Positions 1 to 10,255 of a stretch of DNA of 64,000 nt are shown here, in pieces; positions within the stretch are counted from its first letter, which is position 1; every line of letters starts with the position of its first letter. The stretch spans positions 163 to 64,162 of the forward strand of contig JAUYID010000009.1 in the NCBI GenBank assembly GCA_030704665.1, in the 5' to 3' direction. Both the position numbers and the translations under genes were made by a program. This stretch comes from a bacterium. Lineage in GTDB: Bacteria; Patescibacteriota; Microgenomatia; Woykebacterales; RBG-16-39-9b. The notes under the pieces are model-generated. The model made no database searches and was not told where the DNA came from. It worked only from the letters and a program-made list of their open reading frames with translations.

Positions 1-201
1 CAAGTCTGGTGCAACCAAGGCAACGTTAAAAGCGTCAACTGAAACCCCGGCTCCAAAATAACGAGCTAGAAACCAGTTGCGAGCTAGTCCCAAAATTCGA
101 CTAGCCAGCATCAAAACCATCATGATCCCTGCTGCAGAGAGTATTGTAGTTTGGCGTCTGAATAGTAGGGAGGTTCCGTTTCGTAATATACTTTTGACCA
201 T
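1..201 (-). CDS. murJ: Lipid II flippase MurJ/MviN, N-terminal part (runs off the window)
   Basis: Manual translation from ATG 201: MVKSILRNG...MLASRILGLARNWFLARYFGAGVSVDAFNVALVAPDL, matching the MurJ N-terminal SRxLGxxR...FGAG...DAF pattern. Confidence 0.85.
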   Translation of the reverse strand, partial: MVKSILRNGTSLLFRRQTTILSAAGIMMVLMLASRILGLARNWFLARYFGAGVSVDAFNVALVAPDL

Positions 202-306
202 TTGATCTTAGGGTAGTAACAAGTATATCAGGCTCACTTGCTAGTCTCAATAGCTCTCACACTTGCATCAACCTCTTCCAATCTGCTATAGTGCCTTTTT
301 TGAAAA

Positions 307-603
307 ATGCCATTAATCAAGGGTGCGATAAAAAAACTACGTCAAGATCAAGCCAGGACCGAAAAAAATCGGGCCTCTCGTGCTGGTCTGCGCACCACTT
401 TGAAGCGGACTGAGGCCAACCTGACTTCAGAAGCTCTTTCTGAGGCTTTTTCAGTTTTGGACAAGGCTGTAAAACGAGGTTTGATAAAAAAGGGCAAAGC
501 CGATCGTGTCAAGTCACGCCTCAGCAAAAAGGTGAAACCAACAGCTACAAAAGCCAAAACTGTTAAACCGTCGAGTAAAAAATCCCCATCTAAAACAAAA
601 TAA
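307..603 (+). CDS. rpsT: 30S ribosomal protein S20
   Basis: MPLIKGAIKKLRQD...LDKAVKRGLIKKGKADRVKSRL. Confidence 0.95.
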   Translation: MPLIKGAIKKLRQDQARTEKNRASRAGLRTTLKRTEANLTSEALSEAFSVLDKAVKRGLIKKGKADRVKSRLSKKVKPTATKAKTVKPSSKKSPSKTK

Positions 604-652
604 TCAGGAACCTCGTTGCCAGCTAGTTTTCTCTTCTGTTATACTCTAACTG

Positions 653-1267
653 ATGGCTAAAGCTGCCCAAAAACCTCAAGAGTTAAATATCAATTTGTTA
701 CAAAAAGAAGAAGTAGGTGGTGTCACTGGCGATTTGATCAAGTGGGTTCTTACTATTGGTCGCTATCTAATCATCGTCACTGAAATCATCGCCCTTGCCA
801 CCTTCCTCTTTGGTATCAAACTTGCTGCTGACAAAAATGATTTAAAAGGTAAGGTGGCGGCAGCTAAAATCGATGTTGATACCAAAGCAAAATGTAACGA
901 AGCCGACCCAACTGCTTTTTGTGAAGACAATTTTTTGGCTCTTCAAGACAGAATTAACCAAGTAGGTTCGGGCAAAAATACCCAAATTCAAACTAGCGCA
1001 GTAGTCAAAGAGTTTCTCAGCTTGCTTCCCAACGAACTAAATTTAACTACTCTTTCCCTAGAAAGTGGGAAGATTTCTTTCAACGGCTATTTTCCTGACT
1101 CTGTCACCCTACAAACTTTGATCATCTCCCTGGGAAGTTCAAAAAGTATAACTGATTTGGACATTCAGGAATTAAACAGCCCTTCCAGCAAAAACACGAA
1201 TTTTACTTTTAAGGCTGAAGCTGTCATAGATACGCAGCAGTTCACAGCAATTAATACACGAGACTAA
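653..1267 (+). CDS. PilN-like type IV pilus alignment protein
   Basis: N-terminal INLL motif, one TM helix, coiled coil, ferredoxin-like C-terminus; directly upstream of a PilO-like gene. Confidence 0.65.
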   Translation: MAKAAQKPQELNINLLQKEEVGGVTGDLIKWVLTIGRYLIIVTEIIALATFLFGIKLAADKNDLKGKVAAAKIDVDTKAKCNEADPTAFCEDNFLALQDRINQVGSGKNTQIQTSAVVKEFLSLLPNELNLTTLSLESGKISFNGYFPDSVTLQTLIISLGSSKSITDLDIQELNSPSSKNTNFTFKAEAVIDTQQFTAINTRD

Positions 1268-1271
1268 TTTT

Positions 1272-1907
1272 ATGCGCTTAACTGATCAAGTTTACGAAAA
1301 ATACAATAGCTACAGCCAAAATCAGAAGCACTATCTGAACCTAGCTTTGACTTTGGGATTGTTGATTCTTCTCATCGCCCTGATTTACCCTGCTATCAAC
1401 CACATTCTGCAGCTACGACGGGAGTTAAAGGACGGTCGAGAGGTTCTCACCAAACTTCAAGAAAAATCAGTCCAACTTGATCAGGCCAAGGTTGAATACG
1501 ACAGTGTCCAGGACAAACTCGCGGTACTAGATGAGGCTTTACCGAAGGAAAGTGGTTTAAAGAATTATCTAAAACGACCTTTGGAGCTTTTGGCGAATAA
1601 ATATAGTCTGACAATCTCAGGCTTGCAGTTTAATGAAGTTCCTTTGTCCAAACCCCAATTCACTGAAACCCTGACTATCAAAAAGCTTCCTTACTCACTT
1701 GTAGTAGCGGGGAATTTCGCCGATTTCTCCAAATTCCTTTCTGATATCGAGCACTTCATTCGTACTACTCAAGTTGGTTCGGTCAGCATTGTTTCCACCA
1801 AAGGTGGTCATGTTACTGCTACCCTAAGAGCGCAAACGACCTTTCTTGGCTCGATGACTAGTCTTGAAATACCGCAAACTGGCCAAAGCGCAGGAGGTAA
1901 CAAATGA
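1272..1907 (+). CDS. PilO-like type IV pilus alignment protein
   Basis: TM helix, coiled coil, ALP motif, GNFADFSKFLSDIEHFIR (PilO GxYxxxxxFLxxLE pattern). Confidence 0.7.
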   Translation: MRLTDQVYEKYNSYSQNQKHYLNLALTLGLLILLIALIYPAINHILQLRRELKDGREVLTKLQEKSVQLDQAKVEYDSVQDKLAVLDEALPKESGLKNYLKRPLELLANKYSLTISGLQFNEVPLSKPQFTETLTIKKLPYSLVVAGNFADFSKFLSDIEHFIRTTQVGSVSIVSTKGGHVTATLRAQTTFLGSMTSLEIPQTGQSAGGNK

Positions 1908-2101
1908 TATCGAAAAATCTCACCAATATTCTCGGTCTTACTCTGATCACTTTGTTGGTTTGGGTTGGTTTTCAAGTTTTTCAGATCTTTACCACAAGCA
2001 GTATTCCGCCGGCAACCCAAAAACAACTTCAGCCACTAAACCCGAATTTGGATACAGCTTTGCTTGAAGAATTGAACGACCCAGAAAAAACTTTGAAATA
2101 A
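1904..2101 (+). CDS. Small membrane protein in the pil operon
   Basis: Overlaps the pilO stop (ATGA); one TM helix followed by PLNPNLD. Confidence 0.65.
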   Translation: MISKNLTNILGLTLITLLVWVGFQVFQIFTTSSIPPATQKQLQPLNPNLDTALLEELNDPEKTLK

Positions 2102-2129
2102 TTTAGTTAAAAAAGGAAAAACCTGCCCA

Positions 2130-2639
2130 ATGTTGATTCAAGGTCGAATCGAAAAATCGACAACTACTGGCCTTCCCCAGATACAAAAAAGGACGGTAGA
2201 AAAATTTCTCTTTCTGACTTCGGTTGGACTAGTTGGTTTCCTTTTGGTGATAGTTCTTCTTCAACTGTTCGGCTCTATAACTGGCTTTGGAGCGACCACT
2301 CGGCCCCATAGTTTGGTTGTCCAAAGTGTGACTGATGTCTCTTTCACCGTAACTTGGCAAACCAAGACTAAAAGTAGTGGTTATGTTTTGTACGGCGATC
2401 GTCCTGATCAGCTCACGAAAAAGGCTTTTGACAATCAAGCTAGCGGAAACATGTCTACTTTTCTTGCCAACGACCATAGAGTAACGCTAACCAATTTAGA
2501 TCCAAATACCTATTACTATTACCAAATTGTCTCGGATGGGAAAGATGTAGATAGTGTTGATAGCTCTCTTCTCAAACCAGTAAAAACTGCTCTTGAGTCT
2601 TATCTGACCAACCCTAGCTTGGGAGGAAATCCTCCCTAA
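2130..2639 (+). CDS. Membrane-anchored fibronectin type III / purple-acid-phosphatase N-terminal-like domain protein
   Basis: TM helix then SVTDVSFTVTW...YG...HRVTLTNLDPNTYYYYQI. Confidence 0.8.
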   Translation: MLIQGRIEKSTTTGLPQIQKRTVEKFLFLTSVGLVGFLLVIVLLQLFGSITGFGATTRPHSLVVQSVTDVSFTVTWQTKTKSSGYVLYGDRPDQLTKKAFDNQASGNMSTFLANDHRVTLTNLDPNTYYYYQIVSDGKDVDSVDSSLLKPVKTALESYLTNPSLGGNPP

Positions 2640-3271
2640 ATTTGGGTCTTGGCAAGTGCCAAGCTGATAGAAAACTTTGGCTCAAGTCCTGATTTGATCG
2701 CCAAATCTGCCTCGAGCAAACTACGAAAAGCCCTTTTTATCCCCTTTTCACTCCAAAGTTTGGCTTGATCTGTTATTTTTTGCTGAACAAAAGAAGAGTG
2801 GCTGACTTTCTTGGCTTCCCCACTTAAAGCCAAACTGATTTGTTTCAGTTGACGTGAAAGTAAGCTCAGGATTACCTCCGGAGGGTTTTTCTCTGACAAG
2901 GCCAGCTCGAGATACTCCTGGGAAAGCTTTGCTTGTCGCAGACCGAAAGCATCGGTTAATTTAAAGACACCAACACTTTTGATCGGGAAGAAGCTTGTTT
3001 TTCCCGCCCAAGAAGTATTAGTCAGCGTGGAAGAGGACCAAAAAACAATTTCCTGTTGCAGAGATTTAAAACCTTCAACAAAATGTTTTTCCTCAAACCA
3101 ATCGACAATCAAAAAATTTCCAAAAAGATTTTCTTGCTCCAAGGTTTCTAAGAATTTATGCTTGGGGATACTTCTTGCATCCAAAACCACCACCTGCGGA
3201 TTTTGCTCTCGCAAACGAAGAAGAAAGGTTCGTGAAGAAACTACATCAGGTCCATGGATGAGGCGGATCAT
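2636..3271 (-). CDS. holA: DNA polymerase III delta subunit (short form)
   Basis: N-terminal LIHGPD; C-terminal VFKLTDA...LLEADLAIKSG. Confidence 0.75.
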   Translation of the reverse strand: MIRLIHGPDVVSSRTFLLRLREQNPQVVVLDARSIPKHKFLETLEQENLFGNFLIVDWFEEKHFVEGFKSLQQEIVFWSSSTLTNTSWAGKTSFFPIKSVGVFKLTDAFGLRQAKLSQEYLELALSEKNPPEVILSLLSRQLKQISLALSGEAKKVSHSSFVQQKITDQAKLWSEKGIKRAFRSLLEADLAIKSGLEPKFSISLALAKTQI

Positions 3272-4419
3272 TGCTTTTGTTTTTTCCCTGCCTCAGTTGT
3301 AGCTTTAGCTTCTTCTTGGAAGATATTTTTGACTGCTTGCTGAATATTTGTCCAACTTCCACCTTTCGGTATTACAACATAGGCTCCCCCGTACTGGGAA
3401 GACGGTGGGTGGATCATGTAATTTGTCGTATCAAGCACTAAATTCTTTATGGTGGCAGCATTAATTTCTCGACTGTATTTGTAAAGTTTTGGTAGGGCAG
3501 CGAGATCAACATCAGTTGAAACCGTCTCTCCAAAGGCAGAAAAGAGTTTGTTTATTTTTAAGGGGTCAAAAATTGTAAAGAGTGACAAAGCTTTGTCTCG
3601 GGCGGCCAAAATCACTTTTTGTTGTCTCTTGGCACGGGCAAAGTCACTTCCTTCGCCATTCGTTCCTTTACGGCTGCGGACAAATTCCAATGCTCGACTC
3701 CCACTCATATGTTGTAAACCAGCGTTGAAATGAATGTGCTTGTAGCCACTGGCAGTTTTGGTCGAATCTGGGTAGCTCCAATCATCAAAAGCTTTGTCCA
3801 CTTTTACATCTACTCCACCCAAACTATCAATTCCTTTTTTAAAGCCGGCAAAATCAATTCTGGTCACATAATGAATTGGAATTCCCAGGCTTTGGCTGAT
3901 AACAGTTTTCGCCATTGCCGCACCCCCACCCGGATAGCCAAGACTTTCCCCATACGAATAGGAGGCGTTAATTTTTGTATACGCTGAGCCGTGACCCTCC
4001 CAAGAAGGAAGTTGGACCCAAGTATCCCGGGGAATTGAAATCATCGCCACCTTTTTGGTGTTTTGGTCAAGGGAAATTATCAGCATAGTATCGGAGAGAA
4101 AACCGTTGCGTTTAACTTCTCCGTTACCAAGATTGTAAGAGTAAGGAACGTTGTCTCTTTTATCAATTCCTAAAAGTAAGAAGTTTGTTCGGCCGTTGTC
4201 AGATTTTAATGTTCCCTCTGGATTTTTTACCAAAGAAAGGGCTGCTGAAGGGTTTTTGAGGATTTCCCGAAGCAAAGCTGCCGCCGGAAAATACAAAACA
4301 TAGCCAGCGTAAAGAACAATGGTTGTCAAAAACACCAGGGCTGACCATTTAACAATTTTTTTGGTTCTAGATCTCTCTTTCTTTTTCTGGGAGAGAACAC
4401 CCAAATCTACGTATTGCAT
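3268..4419 (-). CDS. LCP (LytR-CpsA-Psr) family phosphotransferase
   Basis: NFLLLGID, SDTM, SIPRDTWV, KINASY, ALEFVRSR, SDFARAKRQQ. Confidence 0.95.
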   Translation of the reverse strand: MQYVDLGVLSQKKKERSRTKKIVKWSALVFLTTIVLYAGYVLYFPAAALLREILKNPSAALSLVKNPEGTLKSDNGRTNFLLLGIDKRDNVPYSYNLGNGEVKRNGFLSDTMLIISLDQNTKKVAMISIPRDTWVQLPSWEGHGSAYTKINASYSYGESLGYPGGGAAMAKTVISQSLGIPIHYVTRIDFAGFKKGIDSLGGVDVKVDKAFDDWSYPDSTKTASGYKHIHFNAGLQHMSGSRALEFVRSRKGTNGEGSDFARAKRQQKVILAARDKALSLFTIFDPLKINKLFSAFGETVSTDVDLAALPKLYKYSREINAATIKNLVLDTTNYMIHPPSSQYGGAYVVIPKGGSWTNIQQAVKNIFQEEAKATTEAGKKQKQ

Positions 4420-4477
4420 AATTGCCGTGGAAAAAAACGAAGCCTGCCAGGCCTCTAAGTTTTCATTTTACCACAGA

Positions 4478-5173
4478 TTACCTAGACGCGGTACTGACCA
4501 GGGCCGCAAAACCATCTACCGAGAGAGAGGCTTGGCCGACAAGAAAACCGTTGATTTGTCCTTGTTCAAGAAAACCCGTAATATTTTCAGAGTTGACACT
4601 TCCTCCGTACAGGACAACCACGTCCTGGCCGATTTTTTCTTTGATAGTCTTTACTTCCTCGTTAGCTCTCTCTGGCTCCTGAGGATGGTAATCTTTCCCC
4701 CCACTGATCGCTCCCGGTGGTTCATGAACAAAAATAATCTTTTCAACTGACTTTGCGATTGCTTCTGAAGATAGATAAGTTTCTAGTTGCCTTTGATCGC
4801 TAACACAAAGAATCGGAGTGATTCCATTGCTCAAGAGCTTTTCTACCTTTTGGGCCACCGTTTGAGCATTTTCTCCAAAAAACTTCCATCTTTCCGAGTG
4901 CCCTACAATACAGTGGCTCGCTATACCCTGCAGCATTTGAGCAGTTACCTCACCAGTGTAAGCTCCATTGTCATAGCGGGAAACGTTTTGTGCCCCCACT
5001 TTGAAATTGTACTCATCGGTCAATTCAAATAAAGTGTAGAGATAGGGAAAAGGAACACACAGGATGGCGGCAGAAGAAGAATTGGCTATTTCCTGACCAA
5101 ACTTCTGCGCAAAATCAACCGCTTCCTTGACAGTTTTATTTGCCTTCCAATTCGCAACAAACAAAGGTTTCAT
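4478..5173 (-). CDS. tpiA: Triosephosphate isomerase
   Basis: ANWK, GAYTGEV, VGHSER, HEP, LYGGSV, LVGQAS. Confidence 0.95.
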   Translation of the reverse strand: MKPLFVANWKANKTVKEAVDFAQKFGQEIANSSSAAILCVPFPYLYTLFELTDEYNFKVGAQNVSRYDNGAYTGEVTAQMLQGIASHCIVGHSERWKFFGENAQTVAQKVEKLLSNGITPILCVSDQRQLETYLSSEAIAKSVEKIIFVHEPPGAISGGKDYHPQEPERANEEVKTIKEKIGQDVVVLYGGSVNSENITGFLEQGQINGFLVGQASLSVDGFAALVSTASR

Positions 5174-5176
5174 AGT

Positions 5177-6169
5177 TTAATCGTAGTAACCAATTGCTTC
5201 CAGTCCAGCTAGCTTCTTTCCAGCCAGAAAATCAAGCATGGCGCCCCCACCCATTGAAACATAGGCAATTTTTGAAAGCAAGCCAATCTTGCTCAAAGCA
5301 GCGGCCGTATCCCCACCACCGACAACACTGTAACAACCTGAAGCAACTACTGCTTGGGCAATTGCCTTCGTTCCGTTGAGATAGCGCTCGTCTTCATATT
5401 TGCCCATGGTTCCATTCCAAACTACAGTAGCTGCTTTGGCGATTTCGTCTTGAAAAGATTGAATTGAAACTGGCCCAATGTCGGCACCATCAACATCGTC
5501 ACTGGCAACAATGACGTTGGAAATTTTTTCTTTAAACTCAAACATAAGTTTACCAGCTACCAAAACTTTGTCTGCAATCTTACTCATGTTGGTAATTGCC
5601 GGCAGTTTTGTTTCCAGCTTTGCTCCTGCCAAAATTGCTACTAATGGTCGTTTCGGGTTTCTCATGACCGAAGCGAGTTCATGAACTTCTTCTTCTAAGG
5701 CTATTCCAATAAAGGGTGGTAAAAATTTAGGTAAAAAAAGCATGGTTGCACCGGCGTGGTGAGAAGTTGCAAAGCAATCATTAACGTAACACTCACCCAA
5801 AAGAGCAACTTGTTTTGCAAAATTTTCTTCCCTAGCTTCTTCTTCAGGCCAAAAACGAATGTTTTCCAAACACGCTAGATCAGAAGTTGGTTTTTGAACT
5901 TCTGAAAGTAATTCGATTGGTTTGCCCACGAGCTGGGAAAGACTTGCAACTACCGGTTTTAAGGAAAAATTTGGGTCTCGACCCTCCGGGCGCCCGAGAT
6001 GGCCGAGAAGAATGACTTTTGCTTTTTGCTCGAGAAGAAATTTAATGGTTTTGCTCGAAGAGAGCAAACGAGCCTTCTCGACAACTTGCCCATTCTCGAG
6101 AGGAACATCAAGATCAGTCCAAACTATGACTGTCTTGTCGATTAGATCGGCGTCGCGGACAGAATGCAT
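5177..6169 (-). CDS. pgk: Phosphoglycerate kinase (short form)
   Basis: DLDVP, HLGRP, LENIRF, GAKLETK, WNG, VGGGDT, SMGGGAML. Confidence 0.95.
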   Translation of the reverse strand: MHSVRDADLIDKTVIVWTDLDVPLENGQVVEKARLLSSSKTIKFLLEQKAKVILLGHLGRPEGRDPNFSLKPVVASLSQLVGKPIELLSEVQKPTSDLACLENIRFWPEEEAREENFAKQVALLGECYVNDCFATSHHAGATMLFLPKFLPPFIGIALEEEVHELASVMRNPKRPLVAILAGAKLETKLPAITNMSKIADKVLVAGKLMFEFKEKISNVIVASDDVDGADIGPVSIQSFQDEIAKAATVVWNGTMGKYEDERYLNGTKAIAQAVVASGCYSVVGGGDTAAALSKIGLLSKIAYVSMGGGAMLDFLAGKKLAGLEAIGYYD

Positions 6170-6196
6170 ACTTTCATATTAGCAGTAAAAAGGGGC

Positions 6197-6466
6197 TTAG
6201 GCGAGATGAGCTTCAATTTTTGTTTTTAGGATGTCCTTGCTGGTTGCTCCAACAAACCTCTCAACCTCCTGACCATCTTTAAGAACAATGTAGGTGGGAA
6301 TACTCATGACACCGTACTTCATTGAAGCTTCGCTTTCGGAATCGACGTCGATTTTAGTAATTTTTACCTTGTCCCCAAGCTCTTTTTCCAAGGCTTCTAG
6401 TGTCGGTTCCATCACCTTACAAGGCCCACACCAATCAGCATAAAAATCTAAAAATTCAACTTCCAC
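6197..6466 (-). CDS. trxA: Thioredoxin
   Basis: DFYADWCGPCK active site. Confidence 0.93.
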   Translation of the reverse strand: MEVEFLDFYADWCGPCKVMEPTLEALEKELGDKVKITKIDVDSESEASMKYGVMSIPTYIVLKDGQEVERFVGATSKDILKTKIEAHLA

Positions 6467-6606
6467 AAAAACCTCCTCTTTGTTGATGAGAGTGTCGGAA
6501 ATAATTCTTCTATCTTAAGAATACCACTTTTGTAAAATAGAAAAAATGACACTCTTATCTTTTTTGACTGTAGCCAACAACCTGAAATCCTTGTTAAGAT
6601 ATTCGG

Positions 6607-8445
6607 GTGAAATCTCTTGAAGGTCTCAATCCAACTCAAAAACAGGCGGTTACCTACGAGGGCTCGGCGGCTTTAGTGCTTTCCGGACCTGGCAGCGGCA
6701 AAACTCGTGTTATCACCCACCGCATTGCTTATTTGATCAATGAACTTGGCGTTTCCCCCGATGAGATACTGGCGGTAACTTTTACCAACAAAGCCGCCAA
6801 TGAAATGAAGGAGAGGCTCAAAAAACTGGTTGCTAACTCTCCAACCTGGATGGGTACTTTTCACAGTTTATCAAGTCGTATTCTTCGGAAAGACGGTTTT
6901 GCAATCGGAATCAACCCCAATTTTGTTATTTATGATGAAGGTGATAGTTTGGATTTGATCAAGGATTGCATGAAAGAACTGAATATTAACCCCAAAAATT
7001 TTTCGCCGGGTTCAATCAAAGCTAGCATTGAGAGTGCCAAAAACGAGCTGATTGGCCCAAACGAATACAAAACTTTAGCACGAGGTTATTTTCAAGAGGT
7101 AGTGGAGAAAGTTTATTCCGCTTACCAAAAAGCTTTAAAGAAAAGCCAGGCTTTGGATTTTAATGATTTGCTCATGCAAGTGGTCGTTCTTTTCGAAAAA
7201 GATCAGACGACTTTAGAAAAATATCAAAAACGTTTTAAATATGTTCTAGTAGATGAATACCAAGATACGAACCGGGCTCAATATCTTTTTTCCAAAATGA
7301 TTGCGGCTGCCTCGCGCTCTCTTTTTGTAGTTGGCGATGCTTCTCAGGCGATTTACGGCTGGCGCGGAGCTGACTACCGCAATATTCTTAACTTTGAAAA
7401 GGATTTCCCAGAGTCAAAAGTTTTTAACCTTGAGCAGAACTACCGTTCCACCAAAAGAATTCTTGACGCCGCCAAAGCTGTCATCGGTCAAAACCGTTCC
7501 CACCCAATTCTTGATCTTTGGACTGAAAATGATGAAGGCATACCTTTGGTGACCTATGAAGCGAAGAATGAGATTGAAGAGGCTGCCTTTGTGACAAGAA
7601 CAATTAACAAGTTGTTGGCTAGCAATCAAGGCTTTAATTTAAACAGTTTTGCTGTTCTCTACCGAACCAATGCTCAAAGCCGGGTCCTAGAGGAAGCTTT
7701 TTTGGCGGATGGGACACCTTACCTTTTGATCGGCGGGACACGTTTTTACGAGCGGAGGGAAATCAAAGACGTTCTCGCCTATCTAAAATTGGTTTACAAC
7801 CCTGCTGATACGGTTAGTTTTAAAAGAGCGGTCAACACCCCACCCCGAGGTATTGGCCCTGCTAGTCTGGGGGATCCAAAAAATCCTAAACTAAACAAAT
7901 TTCACGATTTGCTTGAGGAAATCAGAAACAAAGCCAAAAACCTAGAAACTATTGATCTTGTTGATTTGGTTCTTGCCCAAAGCGCCTATTTATCTTACCT
8001 TGATGATGGAACTCTGGAAGGTGTTTCTAGAATCGAAAACGTCAAAGAACTGCGTAGTGTGGCTACCCAATTTCCCGTTCTCGAAGATTTTCTAGAAAAT
8101 GTTGCCTTGGTCGAGCAAGAATATTTTCCTGACAAGAAAAACCCCGGCACTAAAGATAATGCCGTGACTTTGATGACCTTGCACTCAGCTAAAGGGCTCG
8201 AGTTTCCGGTTGTTTTCATGGTTGGTATGGAGGAAGGTATTTTTCCTCACTCCCGAGCCATGGAAGAGCACTCCGAGCTTGAAGAGGAGAGGCGCCTCTG
8301 CTACGTCGGTATTACTCGAGCCCAAAAGCAGCTCTATTTAACTTTCACTCAATCACGGCTCTATTTTGGGGCTCGAACTGCGGGAATAGTCTCCCGCTTC
8401 ATTCTCGATATTCCCAGCGAACTCGTTATTCCGATCCGGGTTTAG
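6607..8445 (+). CDS. pcrA: UvrD/PcrA ATP-dependent DNA helicase
   Basis: GPGSGKT, TFTNKAA, VDEYQDTN, QNYRST, MTLHSAKGLEF, EERRLCYVGITRA. Confidence 0.95.
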   Translation: MKSLEGLNPTQKQAVTYEGSAALVLSGPGSGKTRVITHRIAYLINELGVSPDEILAVTFTNKAANEMKERLKKLVANSPTWMGTFHSLSSRILRKDGFAIGINPNFVIYDEGDSLDLIKDCMKELNINPKNFSPGSIKASIESAKNELIGPNEYKTLARGYFQEVVEKVYSAYQKALKKSQALDFNDLLMQVVVLFEKDQTTLEKYQKRFKYVLVDEYQDTNRAQYLFSKMIAAASRSLFVVGDASQAIYGWRGADYRNILNFEKDFPESKVFNLEQNYRSTKRILDAAKAVIGQNRSHPILDLWTENDEGIPLVTYEAKNEIEEAAFVTRTINKLLASNQGFNLNSFAVLYRTNAQSRVLEEAFLADGTPYLLIGGTRFYERREIKDVLAYLKLVYNPADTVSFKRAVNTPPRGIGPASLGDPKNPKLNKFHDLLEEIRNKAKNLETIDLVDLVLAQSAYLSYLDDGTLEGVSRIENVKELRSVATQFPVLEDFLENVALVEQEYFPDKKNPGTKDNAVTLMTLHSAKGLEFPVVFMVGMEEGIFPHSRAMEEHSELEEERRLCYVGITRAQKQLYLTFTQSRLYFGARTAGIVSRFILDIPSELVIPIRV

Positions 8446-8505
8446 AGGATCTAACACCCCTGTCAACTTTACATATGAGCAACTTTCCTGAGAAAATTTA
8501 GAATA

Positions 8506-9267
8506 ATGTCTACCGTGAAAGCCCTGGCAGGAGCTGGTCGGTCCTTTTTTGCAGTCCTAAAAAACTTCTTTCTTCTTTTCTTTGCCCGCTTGTCCTATAA
8601 ACTAATCGGAGTTTTTCTTTTTATTTTTTTGTCCCTCCTTGTTTTTGCCGAGGGTATTTTCCTAGAAAAAACGTCAGTTGAAGCGGCGAGTTTTGGTTTG
8701 CGGCTCAGCCCAATTGAAGAAAGGTTCTCCGTGGTCAGCAAAGAACTTGGCTTTGAAGAAAAGGAAGTTCCAGACAACAAACTAGCAGTTGGGGAAAGGA
8801 AGGTGGTTCAGAGCGGCAAAAAAGGTCTTCTCAAGACTAAAACTCGTTTGCTGCTTTTTGCCGGTAAGGCTTTTACCAAAGATGTAGTGGAAACAAAAAT
8901 CATTCCCCCAACTGACCGAGTTGTTGCCTTCGGGACGAAAAAAATTTACCAACAAGGTAGGGTTGACGATCAGAATTTACACTATTGGGCCAAACTAACT
9001 ATGTTTTCCACCTCTTACGACAGTAATTGCCCTGGCTGCAACGAGAGCACGGCCTTGGGTCTGAAAACTGGCTTTGGGGTCGTCGCGGTGGATCCAAAAG
9101 TGATTCCTCTTGGTACCAAGGTCTTCATCCCCAACTACGGCTTTGCTGTTGCTGGCGATACCGGTGGCTCGATCAAGGGCAACAAAATTGACCTCGGTTT
9201 TGACGATGTCAAAAAAGGCTGGTGGTCAGCTCGCTACACTGATGTTTATTTACTAACTGAGCCTTAG
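8506..9267 (+). CDS. G5 + 3D domain protein (lytic transglycosylase / Rpf-like)
   Basis: G5-like segment then TALG...VAVDPKVIPLGTKVFIPNYG.AVAGDTGGSIKGNKIDL. Confidence 0.9.
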   Translation: MSTVKALAGAGRSFFAVLKNFFLLFFARLSYKLIGVFLFIFLSLLVFAEGIFLEKTSVEAASFGLRLSPIEERFSVVSKELGFEEKEVPDNKLAVGERKVVQSGKKGLLKTKTRLLLFAGKAFTKDVVETKIIPPTDRVVAFGTKKIYQQGRVDDQNLHYWAKLTMFSTSYDSNCPGCNESTALGLKTGFGVVAVDPKVIPLGTKVFIPNYGFAVAGDTGGSIKGNKIDLGFDDVKKGWWSARYTDVYLLTEP

Positions 9268-9303
9268 AATTCCCCTTTTCTCCAAAGCAGTTTAGAATAA
9301 AAA

Positions 9304-10182
9304 GTGATGGACATTCACCAAAGTAGTCTTTGGGCCAAGTACATGGAGGCGCTGGGTTGGCAAACAGTCGATCTCAAACCGGGCTATGCTTACATCAGAA
9401 AACTTCCTCTCCTCGGCTCGATAGTAAAAATTCCCAAGGCCAGTTCAGAAATAGATTTGGTTCTAGTTAACGAGGTTTCGGAAAAGAACAAAGCAATTTT
9501 TACCAAAATCGAACCGGTTGGTGAAGTTGGTGATCAAAAGCTTTCGAACTCTTTAGTTAAAGCTGGTTTTGAAGCTGACAACTGGAGCCTGCAACCAACC
9601 AAAACTTTGGTTGTGGATTTAAAGGCCCCCGAAGAAGAAATCCTTACTCGTATGGAAAAGGATACACGCTACAGTATCCGTAGTGCTGAAAAGAAAGGGG
9701 TAAGGGTAGAGAAAGCAGACGACTTTGAAACCTTCTGGTCACTACACTCCCAAACGGCGAAGCGAGGTAAATTCTGGACGATTCGAGCCGACGTCGAAAA
9801 GCTCTGGAAAGTTTTTTCTGAGGCAAAACAAGGGCTGATATTAGTTGCTAGTTTTAATGAGCAACCACTCGCAACCTCAATGGTTCTTTTTCAAAATAAA
9901 AAAGCTTACTACTATCATGCCGGTTCCAGTACGCAGCGTAGAGACCTTTTTGCCCCTTATTTGGTAGTTTGGGAAAGTATCAAAGAGGCTAAGAAAAAAG
10001 GTTGTACGAGCTTGGACTTGATGGGAATAGTTGACCCAAGAATAAAAGCAACCCGGTCTTGGGCTGGTTTTTCTCATTTCAAAAAAGGCTTTGGAGGCGA
10101 AGAAAAAACTTATCTAGGCTCTTACGCCAAATTCTACAACCCAATCTTCAAACTCATTTTTAAGTTAAACAAATTTTTCTAA
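9304..10182 (+). CDS. FemAB/FemX family peptidoglycan bridge aminoacyltransferase
   Basis: HQSSLWAKY, TRYSIRSAEKKGV, YYHAGS, GFSHFKKGFGG. Confidence 0.9.
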   Translation: MMDIHQSSLWAKYMEALGWQTVDLKPGYAYIRKLPLLGSIVKIPKASSEIDLVLVNEVSEKNKAIFTKIEPVGEVGDQKLSNSLVKAGFEADNWSLQPTKTLVVDLKAPEEEILTRMEKDTRYSIRSAEKKGVRVEKADDFETFWSLHSQTAKRGKFWTIRADVEKLWKVFSEAKQGLILVASFNEQPLATSMVLFQNKKAYYYHAGSSTQRRDLFAPYLVVWESIKEAKKKGCTSLDLMGIVDPRIKATRSWAGFSHFKKGFGGEEKTYLGSYAKFYNPIFKLIFKLNKFF

Positions 10183-10189
10183 AAGAAAT

Positions 10190-10227
10190 GAAAAACGCCA
10201 GGGCATTTGTGGTGCTCTGGCGTTTTC
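10190..10227. terminator. Bidirectional intrinsic terminator between the fem gene and the orphan insert
   Basis: GAAAAACGCCAGGGCA-TTTGTGG-TGCTCTGGCGTTTTC inverted repeat with A/T tails. Confidence 0.7.
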
Positions 10228-10255
10228 GGTAGTGTCGGTTCGACGCGGGTGTGCT